Below are positions 38,455 through 50,089 of a stretch of 64,000 nt of DNA, one piece after another. Origin of the DNA: Dicyema japonicum (Eukaryota > Animalia > Dicyemida); assembly GCA_011109175.1 (NCBI GenBank), contig RDEW01000023.1:531225-595224 (forward strand), given 5' to 3'. Each line of letters starts with the position of its first letter. Position 1 is the first letter of the stretch. Both the position numbers and the translations under genes were made by a program. A model generated the notes under the pieces. It was not told the origin of the DNA. It worked only from the letters and a program-made list of their open reading frames with translations, and did no database searches.

Positions 38455-39600
38455 TATTTATTTAAGCACTTCACGAGAGCCATACTAATTATAGCCCCGC
38501 ATGTGCAGCAAAAGAAACAAGGTTAGATGTCATCCTTTTCCATGCTCCCCTGTTCCTAGCCAAGGCTCTCATATTGTCCAGGTCGTCGGCATTTATTAGA
38601 TTTTTTTGATATTGACCAGGTCTTTGTGTAAGACTATTGGCAGTGTTGTTCTTGGTCTTCCACGATAGCGGCCTTCTTGACTAACATAGTATGTTTCCAT
38701 GGATATGTTAGGTGGGGATGTTAATTTTATCCTCAGCACGTGTCTGAAGAGCTTCCATCGGGATTCCAGTACTTCTAAGCTGATAGGTCTAGTGCTGCAT
38801 CTCTTATATAAAGCATTCCTCGATATTCTCGTAGGCCAAGTAGTTACTGTTATTTTTCTCAGCTGACCTCTGTGGAACGAGTCTAGTTTTTCCAAATCCG
38901 CTGATGAGGTCGCCCAAGTTCCAGCGTTATATAAAAGTACGGGTTTTATGAATGAGTCGTATAATAGGATTCTCATTTTCGTGTCTATGCCTTTTTGATT
39001 GAGCCATTGATTCTTCAGTTTATATAACGCAGCATTGGCTAGAGTTTTCCTACGTAAAATATCTTCGCTATCTCCCAAAAGTGAACCGAGTTTCTTTACT
39101 TGTCGCCACTTCTCTTCTAGGACGTTACTTATCCTTCTTATCTCTGTGAGTTCTGTTTTCTCTCTGTTCACAGTAAGAAACCATTTCCCTAGTACATCTG
39201 GTGCTTTTTCTAATAGGTTTTCCAGGACCTCTTTGTCTTCAGAAATTAGGTCTACATTGTCCGCGTAGATTACTTCTTCCGTTTTTCCTTGGTATAACGG
39301 TCTAAGTTCCCTCATAGCGGCCTCCAAATAAATTGTGAATATTAGAGGAGAAAGAGAGTCTCCTTGTGGAGTGCCCGTGTTTGTTTCAATTTTCTTTCAA
39401 AGAGGAATAGAAGAATTTATTTACCTTAACGTTGATATAATAACCAGGAACAATCATACAATATCACATAGAAGTGTAAATTCTTTAAATATTCTAGGAT
39501 TTCCAAACCAAATCTTGATTTTTAAGATAAGGGCATCAATTATAATGATGAAAAATTTAAAGTAACCAAAATTATGCAATAGTGTACTGGGTTAGCTGTC
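38455..39600 (-). mobile_element. RTE-clade LINE 3' half
   Basis: GTPQGDSLSP, YADNVD, KLGSLLGDSEDILRRK, RGRPRTTL; the 243-aa ORF is intact to its stop and is followed by the tail. Confidence 0.9.
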
Positions 39601-40557
39601 AGATCATTTATCCCTAACTTAATAGAAGCTAGAGATGCTTTTCAAATTCAAGAGACTACAGTTCCTAGTAAGACTTAGTTTTGAAATGCCCAGCAGTAAA
39701 TAGCAAGTACAATCCTTAAAAACAATAGATCTAGAAACAGATTGTTTTTCATGTGGGCAGTCTCAAGGTTCTGGAAATAATTTGTAAACTAATGAAGGCT
39801 GCGAATGATGCATATCCGAGGCATTTAGGTAAAAAAATTAGTAAACTTAATATATAATAGCTAAACAATTGGAAAAAATATTTGCTAATGGCGGAAATGA
39901 AGAAAACATCTAGTCCTTGCAGTTGTTGGAAGTCCTGCAGTGATCCTGTTTTGTACCACCCTGACACTGAGCACTACCTGAGATAGGTAGATCAGTGATG
40001 CCACTTTTGTAGAACGATGTTTGTTAATTAAGATAGCCCGGCCTCACCAATTTGTAGGAGACAACCGACTATTAAATAGAACGCGGGAAATACCAGTCGC
40101 TCTCATAGATCGGATTTGTGTTTAAGTTAGTTTATGTTGAGTTGAACGATTTTCAGGAATTAACCGTTTTCGTCGAGTCAGGGATTCTGTTCAAAGACCA
40201 CAGTGAGAATTAGGAGAAACCAACCCGATCTTTGAGAGCGATAGCTTTGCACCAGTACAGTAGGCGCTATTCTTTAGTTTGACTTCCTTGAAAACAGAGA
40301 ACCAGTTGATAACAAAATATTTGTGATTATTTTATTGCTTACTAAGACTAACATTCAATTGTCGCCGCGTGACCCAGAGATCTGTCAGGTGTATCTGCTC
40401 TGGCGCAGAACTCGAAAGGGAAATTGAAAATTTAGTACAAGAGAAGGAAAAAAAATAAAATTAATATATTTGGTAATTAAAATGTATTTTAATCATGGAT
40501 TTTTAAATAAAATAATTTTTGCCATAGTTTCAAAAATCCACTTAGTTTGATTGAAAA

Positions 40558-42236
40558 ATGCCTCCAAAAAAGAAAGCTGCTGGAAAAAAGCCTGAAAGTC
40601 CCCAACCATTGCCTGAGGTCCTTAATCCAGACGAAAAGAAAGTTTTCATCAAAGTAATTCAAGAACTTGAAAACCGAATAAACAAGTAACTTTAAAAATT
40701 TTAAAGATAGATATCAAGGTCTCTGTGACTACCTGAGCGTTACTAACACAAAGTATGAAAACGAGCTGAATCAGCAAATATCCGAGAAAAAGGACATAAC
40801 AAACTACCTCAAGAAAAACCTTCAATCGAAAGGTTTCAATGAAATGTGTAAATTGTCAGGATTCGAAATATATCAGCTAAATAACAAATTGACAGACTTG
40901 AATGAAGAAAAGGACAAAGAGCGGCAATCTTTTGAAAGCCAGCTGAGGTTACTAAAACAAGAATTTCAGGAAACCAAGGACGCCTTGAGTGTAGAAAATA
41001 TTACATTAGGTTTTGTCTTTTGGTTAAACTCAAAGCCGGAAAGATTGCCTCTTTAGAGGAATTCAAGGTACAAAAGGAGGACATTTTGTCAAAAATAAGC
41101 AGATTAGAAAATGAAATAAAGGAAAATGAGGTCAAAAGAAAGGAAGAGCTATATCAGCTAGAAAAGCAAAACATCCTCGATCGTCACACGTAAATTCTAA
41201 TAACACTAAAGACTCCAAAAAGTAACTCTGCACAAACTAATCGACATCTCGACAAAATTCCGCGAGGAAACTAATCGACAGATGGCAGAAACAACGATAC
41301 GGTCAATTCAAGAGAATACGGCCTTATCTAATGACTACAAGAAACTCAAAAACAAATGTGCGGGAATTCTCGAGGAAAATAAAAAATTAAAAGAAAGGGC
41401 AGCGATTCAAAAAGTAAACGAAGAAATATCTCAGGCTGTGAAAAAAAACCTATCAACCAAGAACATTAGCCTTATCGGGGTATGTTTAGGTTAACAATCC
41501 GAAAGATCATCAAAATACTGATGGAGACAAACAAATGTCTTAAATCCAAGCTTAAAAGCCAACAGTTCAAACAACCGATGGATGAAACTCCAAACATACA
41601 AGAAAGTGAGGATAATGAGCTGAATAATTCAAAACTAAATAATGACACAAACGACTCCCAGTTACTTGAATTGACTATCTCGGAGTCACAAAATAATGAG
41701 TTGTTGCAACGAAATTATTCAGTTTTTCAGAGAATTTTGAAATTCTTGATCAAAATCTATTATTTTTTAAATTCAGTATTCGGCATGCTTTATTTAGGAA
41801 TTTGACAATTTAGAAAATCGCAAAATTGAGGAAGAAGAGTTAAGTTACGAATTAATTTCAATGACTTCTCTAATAACCTCTTTAGGAGTCCACGATTCTG
41901 AGCAGGAAGAAATATATAAGAAATTACAGTCCGTCCCACATCAAGAGGAATTTGAAGAAGAAAAAGAGTAGCCTTCGTTTAATGAGGGAGATTCAAATTT
42001 TCAGCTCCAGAAGAAAAGTATTTCCACTACCGAATTGGAGATGCTGGAATAGTTCCAATGGAAAGCGATGTCTTTTTAGCAAATATAAAGAAGAAAAAAT
42101 CTAGGCTGATAGGGGACAACAAAACATACATGAAATATCTTATTAAAAAAATATCCGATAAAGTTCAGTGATGTACTAATTTTAGATTGAGACATCCGTT
42201 AATGAAGAAATATCTTCTAATATTGTTGAAGACTAA
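40558..42236 (+). CDS. CFAP157: Cilia- and flagella-associated protein 157-like coiled-coil protein, multi-exon
   Basis: MPPKKKA..; EFQETKDALSVENITL; LEEFKVQKE; QMAETTIRSIQEN match CFAP157 as recalled. First intron is 25 nt. The 3' exons are tentative. Confidence 0.75.
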
Positions 42237-42424
42237 TTTTTAATGACTTTTAATAAAATAATATTTATTTCGTCCAGTAACATATGTTCGAAAGTTCACA
42301 GGGACACTTTGATGTACTCAGTAAAGATCGATCGGATAATCTCTGAAATTGAGTCCTTTGCTAATTTAATCAATTGAAATGTCTCCGAAATCACTCGAAT
42401 TACAACGTAAGATGTTCCCTTAGA

Positions 42425-42860
42425 CCAGTGGTTCCAACCTGGGTTCCGCAATTTAATAAAAATAAAAATTTTAATTAAAAAATTAGCACGTTATATATTT
42501 AGGCTCAGTTCAAAATACGGAATAAATATACCGGAAACTGCAGATTGCGTAATATGCAAGCCATTAATGTCAGACACCTCTATTGCTCCTGTGAGACATT
42601 TACCAATGAAGCGTTCTCATATTAAAAACAAGGATTTGGCTAACATCTGTTTATCAAAAGGAAATCGTTTGCTTTTTTGTTTTAAGGAAAATCTTCATCA
42701 ATCAAGGACTATATTGTATTCAGTTGTACTTGAAGACATCAAAGGTCATCTAAAAGCATACATGAAAACATTATTAAATATTTTCCTGAAAATTTTGATA
42801 AAGACTGGATCAAAAATCTATTCTTAGGTAGTGAGCATTTATTGAAAAATGTTCGTTGTA
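42425..42860 (+). mobile_element. hAT (Buster/Charlie-like) relic
   Basis: 5' TIR-like CAGTGGTTCCAACCT and CLSKGN (RWLS(R/K)G motif). Confidence 0.55.
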
Positions 42861-43810
42861 TTTTGATATTCTAAAAAGCAAAAATTTTATTTAGGAAAGA
42901 AAGGAGAGCAAATGATCACATAGCGGCTGACTGCGTGGCTATTCTCTCTCAGGAAGACAAGTGAGATTCGCTCTAATAACCAACAGCGCTCAGGAAGGTC
43001 TTCTGATCGTGTAGAAATCCGATTCCCCGAACGTATTCTAAATTATAGACGTTAACCCAAACGGTCATTTTTAACAATTTGTTTTGTTCGTTATTCATCT
43101 CTTTTATAGGCGTTTATAAGGAAGACTTACTGTTAGTTCCTGTTTTCAAGATAATGCTAATCATTTTTTAATTATTTTTACTTAATTTTTAATTTAGATG
43201 AAATTTACTGTATTTTATAAGTTATGACGAAATCAATATATTTTTTATATAATTAATGGGTCCAAGAAAAGTCGGCACTCTTTTTTTTATGTAACCTTGA
43301 TGACCACCGGCAGATATGAAATTTACTGTATTTTATAATTTATGACGAAATCAATATATTTTTTATATAATTAATGCGTCCAAGAAAAGTCGGCACTCTT
43401 TTTTTGATGTAACCTTGATGACCACCGGCAGATCACGTTCTCTCGTGTCCTAGCCCGCTATATGTGTCTTCCCCACACGTAATTAACCCTTAGGATCTCT
43501 GGGAATGTCAGTTATTGACAGTTGCCAGGCAAAAGGCCTGATGGTCTCAGGTTAGTTTTTAATTATCAATTATATAAAAAGATTTAAATTATTTGATCCT
43601 ACAAGAACAACTTATTGGTTGTTTTACAGAGATCTCTGGGAATGTCAGTTATTGACAGTTGCCAGGCAAAAGGCCTGATGGTCTCAGGTTAGTTTTTAAT
43701 TATCAATTATATAAAAAGATTTAAATTATTTGATCCTACAAGAACAACTTATTGGTTGTTTTACAGAAAATATAAGAAAGAATATTTTAAGTCAAATAAA
43801 ATTAATCAAA

Positions 43811-44248
43811 TTAAAATTGGTCTTCAACGTGGAAGTATTCTCCTTTCCAGTTTTTTCTGAACAATTGACCTTTCCCGTGTACTCTGTAAACGTATGTCCC
43901 GTCAAGATTTACATATACGACATGTTCTCTAACATGATTATTTCTTCTTTTTTTAATAAAATAAGCTAAGAATTTTTCATATAACAATCTCATTAGCTCA
44001 ACAAAAACATCAAGGAAAACTTCAGATAGTGTCATCATAAACATTCTAAAAACATCTGGAAACAGTTGATAACACATTAACATTATTTCTACGCAAACAC
44101 TTGGATTTATTGTCGTATGATACACCATGAATGTCATAAATATGTTAACGTCGATCTCCTCGGGATAGTTATTTAAAAAGTATAGAAAAACTTCTATATC
44201 CAACATGTTTGGGTATTCTAAATTATAGACGTTAATCCAACCGGTCAT
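43811..44248 (-). CDS. Orphan intronless ORF (~145 aa, hydrophobic/helical)
   Basis: Open frame from ATG at 44248 in AT-rich DNA; no family recognised. Confidence 0.4.
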   Translation of the reverse strand: MTGWINVYNLEYPNMLDIEVFLYFLNNYPEEIDVNIFMTFMVYHTTINPSVCVEIMLMCYQLFPDVFRMFMMTLSEVFLDVFVELMRLLYEKFLAYFIKKRRNNHVREHVVYVNLDGTYVYRVHGKGQLFRKNWKGEYFHVEDQF

Positions 44249-45129
44249 TTTTAACAATTTGTTCGTTCGTTATTCTTCTCTTTTATAGGCGTTCATAAGA
44301 AAGACTTAACTGCTACTTCCTGTTTGTCGGTATATTTAAAATTCAATTTCAATTTATAGTTTCTAATTTACTGAGCCACTATGGTAGTTGCCTCAACTTA
44401 TTAATGAACTCACCCTACATCAACTACTACGGGCCGATCTAAAACAAACCTAAAAAAGATCGCCTTCCATGCAACAGTTACACAAATCCTCCAACGTTTC
44501 TCGACTATCCTGTTACGACCGACACTATCCGAAACTCTTATGAAGAGAACGGAGGATCAAATAATAACCCCGAAATACCGGTGTGTTCCCCAAGTTTATA
44601 GAAAGTCTGTTGGGTCGCGGGAGGAATATTAAGAAAAGTTGAGAAGGCTGCTAAGCGAAGCAGGAATCACCTAGTGGACTGTATAATAAAGACCCTTGGA
44701 AAATCTAGTATTGTGGTGAGATCAAAAAGCTTTTATATTTATCTTCAACTCAATGAGCTTAATTATAAGCTGAACACACTAATTAACTGGCTGCGATTTC
44801 ATGTCTTTTTTTATGGCATCAGCTGGTCCAACTATTCAGAGGAAACCACATGTTGTGTTGCAGATGAGGAATCAGGGTTAACAAATTCCACTCCATTGAG
44901 TTTTATTGGTAACCTCTTAGGTGGTGTACCAGTGATGTCTAACATTACTACGGAGACCAAATCAAAGAATTTCGTCAACATACCTCCGAATTCTTTGCTA
45001 GTTTACGGGACTGACTATTTCGCAATTAGGTGACGCCATATGGGCTTTAGTTCGAAAGATCTGTAAAACTTTCAAACACTGGAGTAGATTTTGGAGAGAT
45101 TCGAAGAAGATTTTTGTACTGTAAGCCCA

Positions 45130-46320
45130 ATTATTATTTATTATAAGCAGCATGCGTAAAATCATAATATTTATAATTTCACTCGTGCAGCATTCAAAAT
45201 AATCCTCCACCAACTTCTTCCAACCTCCTCGATTGTAAGATAGTTTCCTTAGATCGTCCAGGTAGTCTCCACCTTTTAGACTTTTGTTTACGAACTTTAG
45301 ATCTCCGTCAAGTGTTTTGTAATACGCCGGCGTCCACGAAAACACGGTCGCTGTCTCATGAAGTAATCCTCTATTGCTATGCTGGATCACTTAAGTCCAT
45401 ACTTATGATATGTCCAAATAGCCTCCAACGCATATCAACTATTTCGAGACTTAGTGGACCCGTACAACATCTCTTATATAGTGATTCCTTGTTTATTCTT
45501 GCTGGCCAGTTCAGATCTAGTAAGGATCTAAGTTGTCTTTGATGGAAAGAGTCAATTCCAAGTTGTTCAGTTTTGGACGTCCCTAAGGTCGATGAATTGT
45601 ATATTAGGATCGGCTTGACAAAGGCTTCACACAATCTCAAACTAAGTGATGTGCAGGATCGTCGTTTGTCAATCCACTCTTTCTTCAACTTGTTCATCTT
45701 TACCCAAGCGATGGCCTTCCTTCTGGCAATATTTTGACTGTCTCCAGGTAAAGAGCCAAGTTTTTTTCGTTTTTCGCCATGTTTCACTTGATCTGCTTTC
45801 CATTCTCCTGATTTCCACAATGTCGGATTTTGCGGTGTTCATTCCAAGGAATCACCAATTTGTTTTTTGACACAAAGAAGACGTCGTCCGCGTAAGCAAT
45901 TTCGACGATGTTGTAATGAGTACCAACATTGCACGTAAATTCACAGAAAAACGTCTTACCGACCCGCACTCTGAGCTTCGTGCTAGCTAGCAACACTCTG
46001 ATCATAATGACAGAACCAGGGTCCAAGAATTGTTCCAGTATCCTGATAAGTAGACCACAGCGGACCGTGTCAAAGGCCCTAGAGAAGTCTATTCCCAGGA
46101 CTGTTGTTGCACTTTCAAATCTCTGGTTGATAGCGCAGCGCCACTTGTTGCTCATACTACATCAGCAGTGGATCTTCCTGTCCTGAATCCACTGTGACTA
46201 GGGGATAGATAGTTGTCAACTTGTTCTCTGATTCGGTTTAACGTAACTAATGCCAGAAGTTTCTGTAAGGTGTTTAGCAGGATTATTGGACGTAGGTTTT
46301 CAACAGGACCAGCATGCTTG
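45130..46320 (-). mobile_element. RTE-clade LINE RT fragment (decayed)
   Basis: LGIDFSRAFDTV, IAYADDV, KLGSLPGDSQNIARRK, VKPILIYNS. Confidence 0.85.
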
Positions 46321-46429
46321 TTAGAGTTTCCATTTTCTTTGATCCCAAATAGCTGAAATTTCGGATAGACAAATTGCCAAGATCAGTAATCAAATGTGGG
46401 AATACCACGTTTAAACATTTTTTAATTAG

Positions 46430-46900
46430 TCGCAGAGGACAAGGTCTCCATTATGGCCTGCATGCATTAAACACGCAAAGCGAGTCACTCCTCATGATTG
46501 CCAAGCCGTCCAATTAACCTGATTAACTCAGACGTGCTCGGACCAAGAACGCCAGACGCCTCAACGGAGATCGGCTGGAATACGAACAGATCAGTAATTC
46601 CGCAGTACTTTCCCCTTTTCGAATCTTTAGTATTACTCGCTGCAGAAGCCGTGCGCAACGACGACTTGATCAGATTTACGGCTGAGAAAGTGTCCTTGCA
46701 CGTTGAATCCCAAACAAATCACCTCCCTTGGCTACACAGCGAAATCGTTAGCCATCCATCCTCTTGCCGTCACCTCTGTGAATTCCGACGAGTTCCAGAA
46801 TACAAGTAAACCTGGTGTCTTCGATAGCCCTCCTGACAGTCGAATTCAACGGCGTGACGAGAGATCTCCCTTGCGAATCTTTGGCAAAAAGTAAAATATC
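46430..46900 (-). mobile_element. CRE-type RLE C-terminal domain
   Basis: LNSTVRRAIED..ILELVGIHRGDGKRMDG..FVWDSTC..KYCG..FQPISVEASGVLG, with frameshifts. Confidence 0.75.
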
Positions 46901-47029
46901 GTGAATTATTAGTAAGAATATACTCGTTATTCTGTTTGAATTATGAATAATTGTGAAATTTTTATTATTCAGTTTATTATGAAGAATTATTAGATTAGGA
47001 GCGTTTTCAATTATTATTATTAATAGCAT

Positions 47030-47780
47030 CCCTTTCAACAGATGTCAAAGGATCTTGGGTGTGACAATTGATATGCATCTCTGTTTAACACCACACGTAG
47101 AAAATATTCTATTGAAATGCGAGAAGAAACTGAACGTATTGAAAAGTTTATCGGGAATATGGAAGAGTGGTACTCACCCAGTCTTGATGAACGTGTACAA
47201 CAGTACATCGAGCCATGTTTCTCATATGCATGCGCCTCATGGGGACCGTCCATATCTTGGACAAATATTAGGAAAATTGAGGAAATCCAAAAGAGGGCTT
47301 ACAGAGTAACGGAGCGTTGAATTTGTGGAGATCACAGAACCGGAGGCCCTAATGAGATTAGACTCCAGATCACGGGAAGGTGGCCCTGAAAATTCAGGCA
47401 GTCGTCCTATACGTTCATGCGCGNAACAGTACATCGAGCCATGTTTCTCATATGCATGCGCCTCATGGGGACCGTCCATATCTTGGACAAATATTAGGAA
47501 AATTGAGGAAATGCAAAAGAGGGCTTACAGAGTAACGGAGCGTTGGATTTGTGGAGATCACAGAACCGGAGGCCCTAATGAGATTAGACTCCAGATCACG
47601 GGAAGGTGGCCCTGAAAATTCAGGCAGTCGTCCTATACGTTCATGCGCGAGCACAAAGGAAGAACACCGGGCAAAGATGAGGTCTCTATTAGAATGCATC
47701 GGAATCACGTGATAATTAGTTTGGTTTTACCGTGGTCTTGGGTTAAATAAATAAAAAAATAAGTAAACATAGAGTCATAT
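47030..47780 (+). mobile_element. 3' fragment of the 2A-type LINE family (partly duplicated around the N at 47424)
   Basis: LGVTIDMHL, YIEPCFSYACASW, ..EEHRARMRSLLE, homologous to 18890-19320; tail GGGTTAAATAAATAAA. Confidence 0.8.
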
Positions 47781-48699
47781 TGACAATGATCCAATACATG
47801 CCACGAAGGAAGAACACCGGGCAAAGATGAGGTCTCTATTAGAATGCATCGGAATCACGTGATAATTAGTTTGGTTTTACCGTGGTCTTGGGTTAAATAA
47901 ATAAAAAAATAAGTAAACATAGAGTCATATTGACAATGATCCAATACATGCTTCTTGACAGATGATCTTCAAGTTTTTTCAATTTTCGACTAGAAAATGT
48001 CAATTGGTCAATAATATAGTGATGACACATGGGTATGGTGACAGACTCAAGATACTTCGGAAATCCGAAGTTTTGAAGAAATTGTATATACTTGATCTAA
48101 AGAAAAAGTATAAATAGTTTTCTACCGTTTATGATAGCAGTTTTATTATAGTAGAAAAATCCTTCATAATAAGGTTACATGNCATGCTGCTTGACAGATG
48201 ATCTTCAAGTTTTTTCAATTTTCGACTGGAAAATGTCAATTGGTCAATAATATAGTGATGACACATGGGTGTGGTGACAGACTCAAGATACTTCGGAAAC
48301 CCGAAGTTTTGAAGAAATTGTATATACTTGATCTAAAGAAAAAGTAAAAATAGTTTTCTACCGTTTATGATAGCAGTTTTATTATAGTAGAAAAATCCTT
48401 CATAATGAGGTTACATGATGTCACCACATCCATACGAAGAATATGCTAAAAAAGTCGCCAAAAGATTTTAACACTTCTTGGCTCACGTTTGTATATCTCA
48501 TAAAAAATCTCGTTTTTAATTTCTCCGGTCAGTAGATGTCTAATATTTCCCTCTGCTATGCTATCTTTTAAGATCCGCTTTCAGCGTTCCCCACGTGTCT
48601 GAGTCTTACAGTTTACGAATGCATTTAACTCCAGAATGTACATCATTTTTCTGTGCCTTTGGCATATCAGCAAGTCATCGATGGCTCCAAACGATATTA

Positions 48700-49330
48700 A
48701 CGGTTAACTTTCCCCGTCTAAATCTGTTTTAATTTGAATTAATTTAATTTATTAATCCAATTCAGTAGTTTCTTAGCGTGGCGCGGTGATCCAACATCGA
48801 GTCCACACAAGCATATATTAGAGATGTTGGAGTTCCAAAAATCCATTGGTCTGTCACTCTGTATGTTCTTTTCTGTGCGGTCGTATCTTAAGGGTATTGG
48901 TCCAAGAGATGAATGGATCCCAGGAAGCACATACATAGGAGATGCATTGTTCGATGAACTGTTTGTAAACAGAATTCAGGACTGACAATAGTTAGGCCAC
49001 ATCAAGCTTTCCCCTTTCCCCTGAATAAAGAAGTCTTCCGACATGAAGACCCTTAGTTAAAATTTTCCGTTAGTTTCTTCAATTTCTACCTCCTTTGTTG
49101 CTTCTATTGCACCAAAACACCATATTTTCATGCTTGAGTCGCCGCATAGGATCAGGTTTTTGCAGAACTTAGTCATCTTTTTTCATTTCTCGAAAAATTT
49201 TCTGCAGAACTTCCAACTGCGACTCATCCATATTGTTTGAACGTCTATTACCACAAATTCACATTAGGGAGATCCAATGACTTAGATTTCACGTCTCTAG
49301 ATCATATCTTTAGAACAAAGGTGTTTCCGT
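48700..49330 (-). mobile_element. Internally deleted derivative of the same LINE family (APE fragment joined to the C-terminus)
   Basis: NLILCGDS (APE) lies ~200 bp from YKQFIEQCISYVCASW (C-terminal region). Confidence 0.55.
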
Positions 49331-49440
49331 CCCAGCAACCGGCCTTCCGCTTATCTTATCTTCAAAGCTTAGGGGGAGGGGGTTTCAAAGTTTGATCTTT
49401 TTCTCGTTTATAATGAAGATATCGACTACTTTGACCGCCA

Positions 49441-49806
49441 TCAGAAAAGGTTGTTCTCTGTTTTTATTCTTAGCACAAGATTTTCAGACCATGGATTATT
49501 TTTACATAGTTCTCTGGGCCCTCCAGAACCAGAGCCATTATTTTTTAGTAAATTCACCTCCGACTGAAAACCATTGTCTTCCTTCTTACCGTGAACCTGG
49601 AAGAGATGATTGAAACTCAAATTTCTGAAAAAAGGAATTTTCGGGTGAACGTAAGATCCGGATTCTATTCCGTCCAACCAAAAATTAGAAGAACTTGAAG
49701 GATCAAAAAAATCAAAATCAGATTTTAATTTAGCCAATTTGATGGCTTCAAATTTTTTAAACAAATAAGAAGAATAACTTAAAATATGACTAATATCCAA
49801 ATCCAT
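49441..49806 (-). CDS. Unidentified ORF fragment (121 aa), possibly exons of a truncated gene
   Basis: Open frame with plausible amino-acid composition; no family recognised. Confidence 0.25.
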   Translation of the reverse strand: MDLDISHILSYSSYLFKKFEAIKLAKLKSDFDFFDPSSSSNFWLDGIESGSYVHPKIPFFRNLSFNHLFQVHGKKEDNGFQSEVNLLKNNGSGSGGPRELCKNNPWSENLVLRIKTENNLF

Positions 49807-50089
49807 GAATTCAAATCGTTAATATTAGAATATTTCCTTAGAAATTACTCTTGCTCTTTGTCCGTTGAAAAAGTTTCCAAACCAAATTTTCAATTTTTTG
49901 GAACGTTAGAGCCAAAATATTCCTAGTGAGTAATTTCCTCTGAATCGAGTCAAAAGTTTTCCGTGGTTTCAAAAAACGTAGAACCACATGTTAGAACAAT
50001 TTATGAATGATTGAATTTATTAATGAATAAACTCTTTATTAAAATAAAAATAAATATTTAAAAATAAATCTCTGTGTTCATTGATTCGT

